Shown here piece by piece: positions 45,730 to 46,379 of a DNA stretch of 46,379 nucleotides. Position 1 is the stretch's first letter. Each line of letters begins with the position of its first letter. The stretch comes from Macrostomum lignano. Lineage: Eukaryota. The translations under genes and the position numbers were made by a program. Where the stretch lies: assembly GCA_002269645.1 (NCBI GenBank), contig NIVC01000060.1, positions 1-46,379 on the forward strand, written 5' to 3'. The notes beneath the pieces are model-generated. The model was not told the DNA's origin. It was given only the letters and a program-made list of their open reading frames with translations, and searched no databases.

Positions 45730-46379
45730 ATGTTTTCTCAAGTAATCCTAATCGGTTCTCTCTTCACGTATTCAGCAGCAACCGATTTCGATGTCCTGCT
45801 GATGCAACATCTTAAGCAAACCATAAAAAACTACAGTCCTTTCATACTGCCGCGAATTAATAAGACCAAAACTATTAAAGTAGCTACGGACATCATGGTC
45901 AGCCATCTGGTCTCAGTGGACACCGCCAAGCAGAACTTGAGGATATCTGCCTACTTTCAAGCCAGCTGGGAGGAGGAGCGACTCGTGTGGAATCCTGCCG
46001 ACTTTGGTGGCACCCAGCTCACTCGCTGGGACCCAGCGCATATCTGGTATCCGACAATCATGATATACAATGGCAACGGCGAGGACCAAGTTCTCGTGCC
46101 TCAGATCCCTGTTGCATTGTTATCGTTAAGGCCAACGCTGACCATAGTCACAGCATACTGGCGCCGGGAGTTCGAGTTTTATTGCGAGTTTAGCATGGTT
46201 GACTTTCCATACGATCATCATGTTTGCGAGCTGTTATTTATTTACCATAATCAAGGCTATCTCGATTCAATCATTCCTGTTCCGAGCACGGCCCCTCTGC
46301 GTGTGCAGGGAATCTACAATCCGAGCAACGAATGGATTCTGACCAATGCCACCACACACTTTGAAAAGAAACTTTACCA
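45730..46379 (+). CDS. Intronless Cys-loop channel subunit D, 5' part, open to the window edge (missing from the ORF track)
   Basis: Hand translation MFSQVILIGSLFTYSAATDFDVLLMQHL...ASWEEERLVWNP...IWYPTIMIYNG...CEFSMVDFPYDHHVC...SNEW, with no stop before the end. Confidence 0.88.
   Translation, partial: MFSQVILIGSLFTYSAATDFDVLLMQHLKQTIKNYSPFILPRINKTKTIKVATDIMVSHLVSVDTAKQNLRISAYFQASWEEERLVWNPADFGGTQLTRWDPAHIWYPTIMIYNGNGEDQVLVPQIPVALLSLRPTLTIVTAYWRREFEFYCEFSMVDFPYDHHVCELLFIYHNQGYLDSIIPVPSTAPLRVQGIYNPSNEWILTNATTHFEKKLY

Overview
Eukaryotic genomic DNA with GC-rich exons, many ~45-60 bp GT-AG introns, tRNA-SINEs and satellites. The style suggests a free-living flatworm such as Macrostomum (inference only). 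Left two thirds (<1-31669, minus strand): one very large multi-exon gene, or a tandem gene set, encoding a secreted mosaic of discoidin/FA58C, C-type lectin, F-type-lectin-like, Methyltransf_FA-like and fibrinogen C-terminal domains, built from four super-repeats. One intron holds a 2,116-bp non-autonomous Polinton/Maverick (adintovirus-like) derivative at 7782-9897. It has 87-bp AGTAGT terminal inverted repeats and a perfect 6-bp TSD (TAAAAC), keeps an intact penton gene and the 3' part of the major capsid gene, and lacks integrase and polymerase. It is nested in an older insertion. Right third (plus strand): a tandem array of four intronless, divergent Cys-loop cation-channel (nAChR-like) genes. 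One is intact, two are pseudogenes and one is open to the window edge. All scorable copies lack the canonical acetylcholine-binding residues. Between them lie a gypsy-type LTR with a tRNA-Leu PBS and a dead IS630/Tc1 transposon. Exon boundaries and domain names come from hand translation and motif recognition, not database searches.
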